From Candidatus Saccharimonadales bacterium (GTDB taxonomy: Bacteria; Patescibacteriota; Saccharimonadia; Saccharimonadales; UBA4665), in contig DATIIT010000009.1 in assembly GCA_035479375.1 (NCBI GenBank), positions 5,073-69,072 of the forward strand: a stretch of DNA of 64,000 bases, written 5' to 3'. The notes under the pieces are model-generated. The model had not been told where the DNA came from. It was given only the letters and a program-made list of their open reading frames with translations, and made no database searches. Positions 63,176-64,000 of this stretch are shown here, piece by piece (within the stretch, counting starts at the first letter, position 1; each line of letters begins with the position of its first letter). Position numbers and translations under genes: made by a program.

Positions 63176-64000
63176 ATGCAATGGCTGAACCAAATCGTTG
63201 ACGAACTTATTGCCCGCCATCCCGACGGCGAGATTTTGATTGAATCCGGCAGCGCGCCGTCCGGCACGTACCATCTGGGGCATCTGCGCGAGCTGGTCAT
63301 TTGCGACGCCATCCTCTTGGAGCTGCGCCGCCGCGGCCGCCAGGCGCGCCACGTGCAGTTTGTGGACGACCTCGACAACTTGCGTAAGCTGCCCATCAAC
63401 GTGCCGGCTGAGTTCGACAAATACCTGGGCCAGCCCATTTGCGACGTGCCCGCACCAGACGGTTCACAGCGCTCCTACGCCGACTACTTCCTACAGACGC
63501 TCAGCGACGCCTGTGAGGTGCTCGGCATAGAAGTAGAGTATGTGCGCGCCTACCAGAGGTACCGCGAGGGTTGGTACGTGCCGGCTATTGAGCGGGCGCT
63601 GGAGCGCATTCCCCAGATCAAACAAGCGCTTGAGGCGGTCTCTGGCCGCCAGCTAGAGGAGGGGTGGTCGCCGATCCAAATTCTGGAAGACGGGCGGCTC
63701 AAAAAACGGCCGTTTTTGGGCATTGACACCACAGGCAAGCTGGTGCACTATCAGGACGCCGCTGGCCAAACTGCCAGCGCGCCGTACGACAAAGGCGCTG
63801 TAAAGCTGGACTGGCGCCTAGACTGGCCAGGCCGCTGGTGGTTGCAAAAAGTGGCCGTGGAACCCTCTGGCCGCGACCACATGACCAAAGGCAGCAGCTA
63901 CGACACCGGCGTGGCAATCATGCACGACGTTTTCGAGGCCGAGCCGCCGCTGCCCGTATCCTACGACTTCATCAACATGGTGGGCGACAACAAAAAAATG
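63176..64000 (+). CDS. lysS: Class I lysyl-tRNA synthetase (3'-truncated; absent from the ORF track because there is no stop in the window)
   Basis: MQWLNQIVDELI...ESGSAPSGTYHLGHLRE (HIGH-like), DDLDNLRKLP, KLDWRLDWP.RW, EPSGRDH, ending YDFINMVGDNKKM (start of the KMSKS-like motif). Confidence 0.93.
   Translation, partial: MQWLNQIVDELIARHPDGEILIESGSAPSGTYHLGHLRELVICDAILLELRRRGRQARHVQFVDDLDNLRKLPINVPAEFDKYLGQPICDVPAPDGSQRSYADYFLQTLSDACEVLGIEVEYVRAYQRYREGWYVPAIERALERIPQIKQALEAVSGRQLEEGWSPIQILEDGRLKKRPFLGIDTTGKLVHYQDAAGQTASAPYDKGAVKLDWRLDWPGRWWLQKVAVEPSGRDHMTKGSSYDTGVAIMHDVFEAEPPLPVSYDFINMVGDNKKM

Noticed and set aside
1-64000. CRISPR array, tRNA or rRNA genes
   Set aside because: No regularly spaced short direct repeats with unique spacers, no cloverleaf or T-loop (GTTCGAATC) signature in the intergenic regions, and no rRNA-like segments.

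Overview
Chromosomal, mostly core-genome DNA of a high-GC bacterium (many coding lines about 60-67% GC), most likely a Candidatus Saccharibacteria (TM7, Patescibacteria/CPR). This taxonomic call is an inference from the DUF5663-like gene, class I LysRS, type-2 IleRS, NrdJ, and an rpsB-tsf-frr-uppS-rseP block lacking pyrH, cdsA and dxr. Genetic code 11 applies (TGA is used as a stop). Housekeeping genes flank the window. Left: infB, fmt, def, priA, rpsU, adk, map, ftsA, ftsZ, nrdR-nrdJ, T-box-ileS, rplU. Right: LCP, htrA, prmC, prfA, rpmE, rpsB, tsf, frr, uppS, rseP, proS, greA, class I lysS. The centre (18.7-48.4 kb) is a ~30 kb cell-surface locus. It holds three giant Thr/Gly/Ser/Asn-rich fibre-like proteins (2186, 1479 and 2466 aa) built from shared modules with different lectin/CBM-like tips, and an 18-blade Kelch protein. 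It also holds a duplicated cassette (conserved promoter, membrane-anchored 'GRNP' protein with a tailspike-chaperone/decoration-like domain, conserved promoter, membrane-anchored giant fibre) wrapped around parA-parB-lepB. This is the best candidate for an undescribed system: a putative host-attachment fibre assembly locus. Other highlights are an actinobacterial-type ultrashort-stem-I T-box before ileS, a Pro-rich uORF before a low-GC proS, tandem NrdR boxes, a ~160-nt rod-like hairpin after nrdJ, and many apparently leaderless genes. No tRNA, rRNA, CRISPR array, integrase or transposase was seen. All calls are by eye from motifs; no database searches were run.
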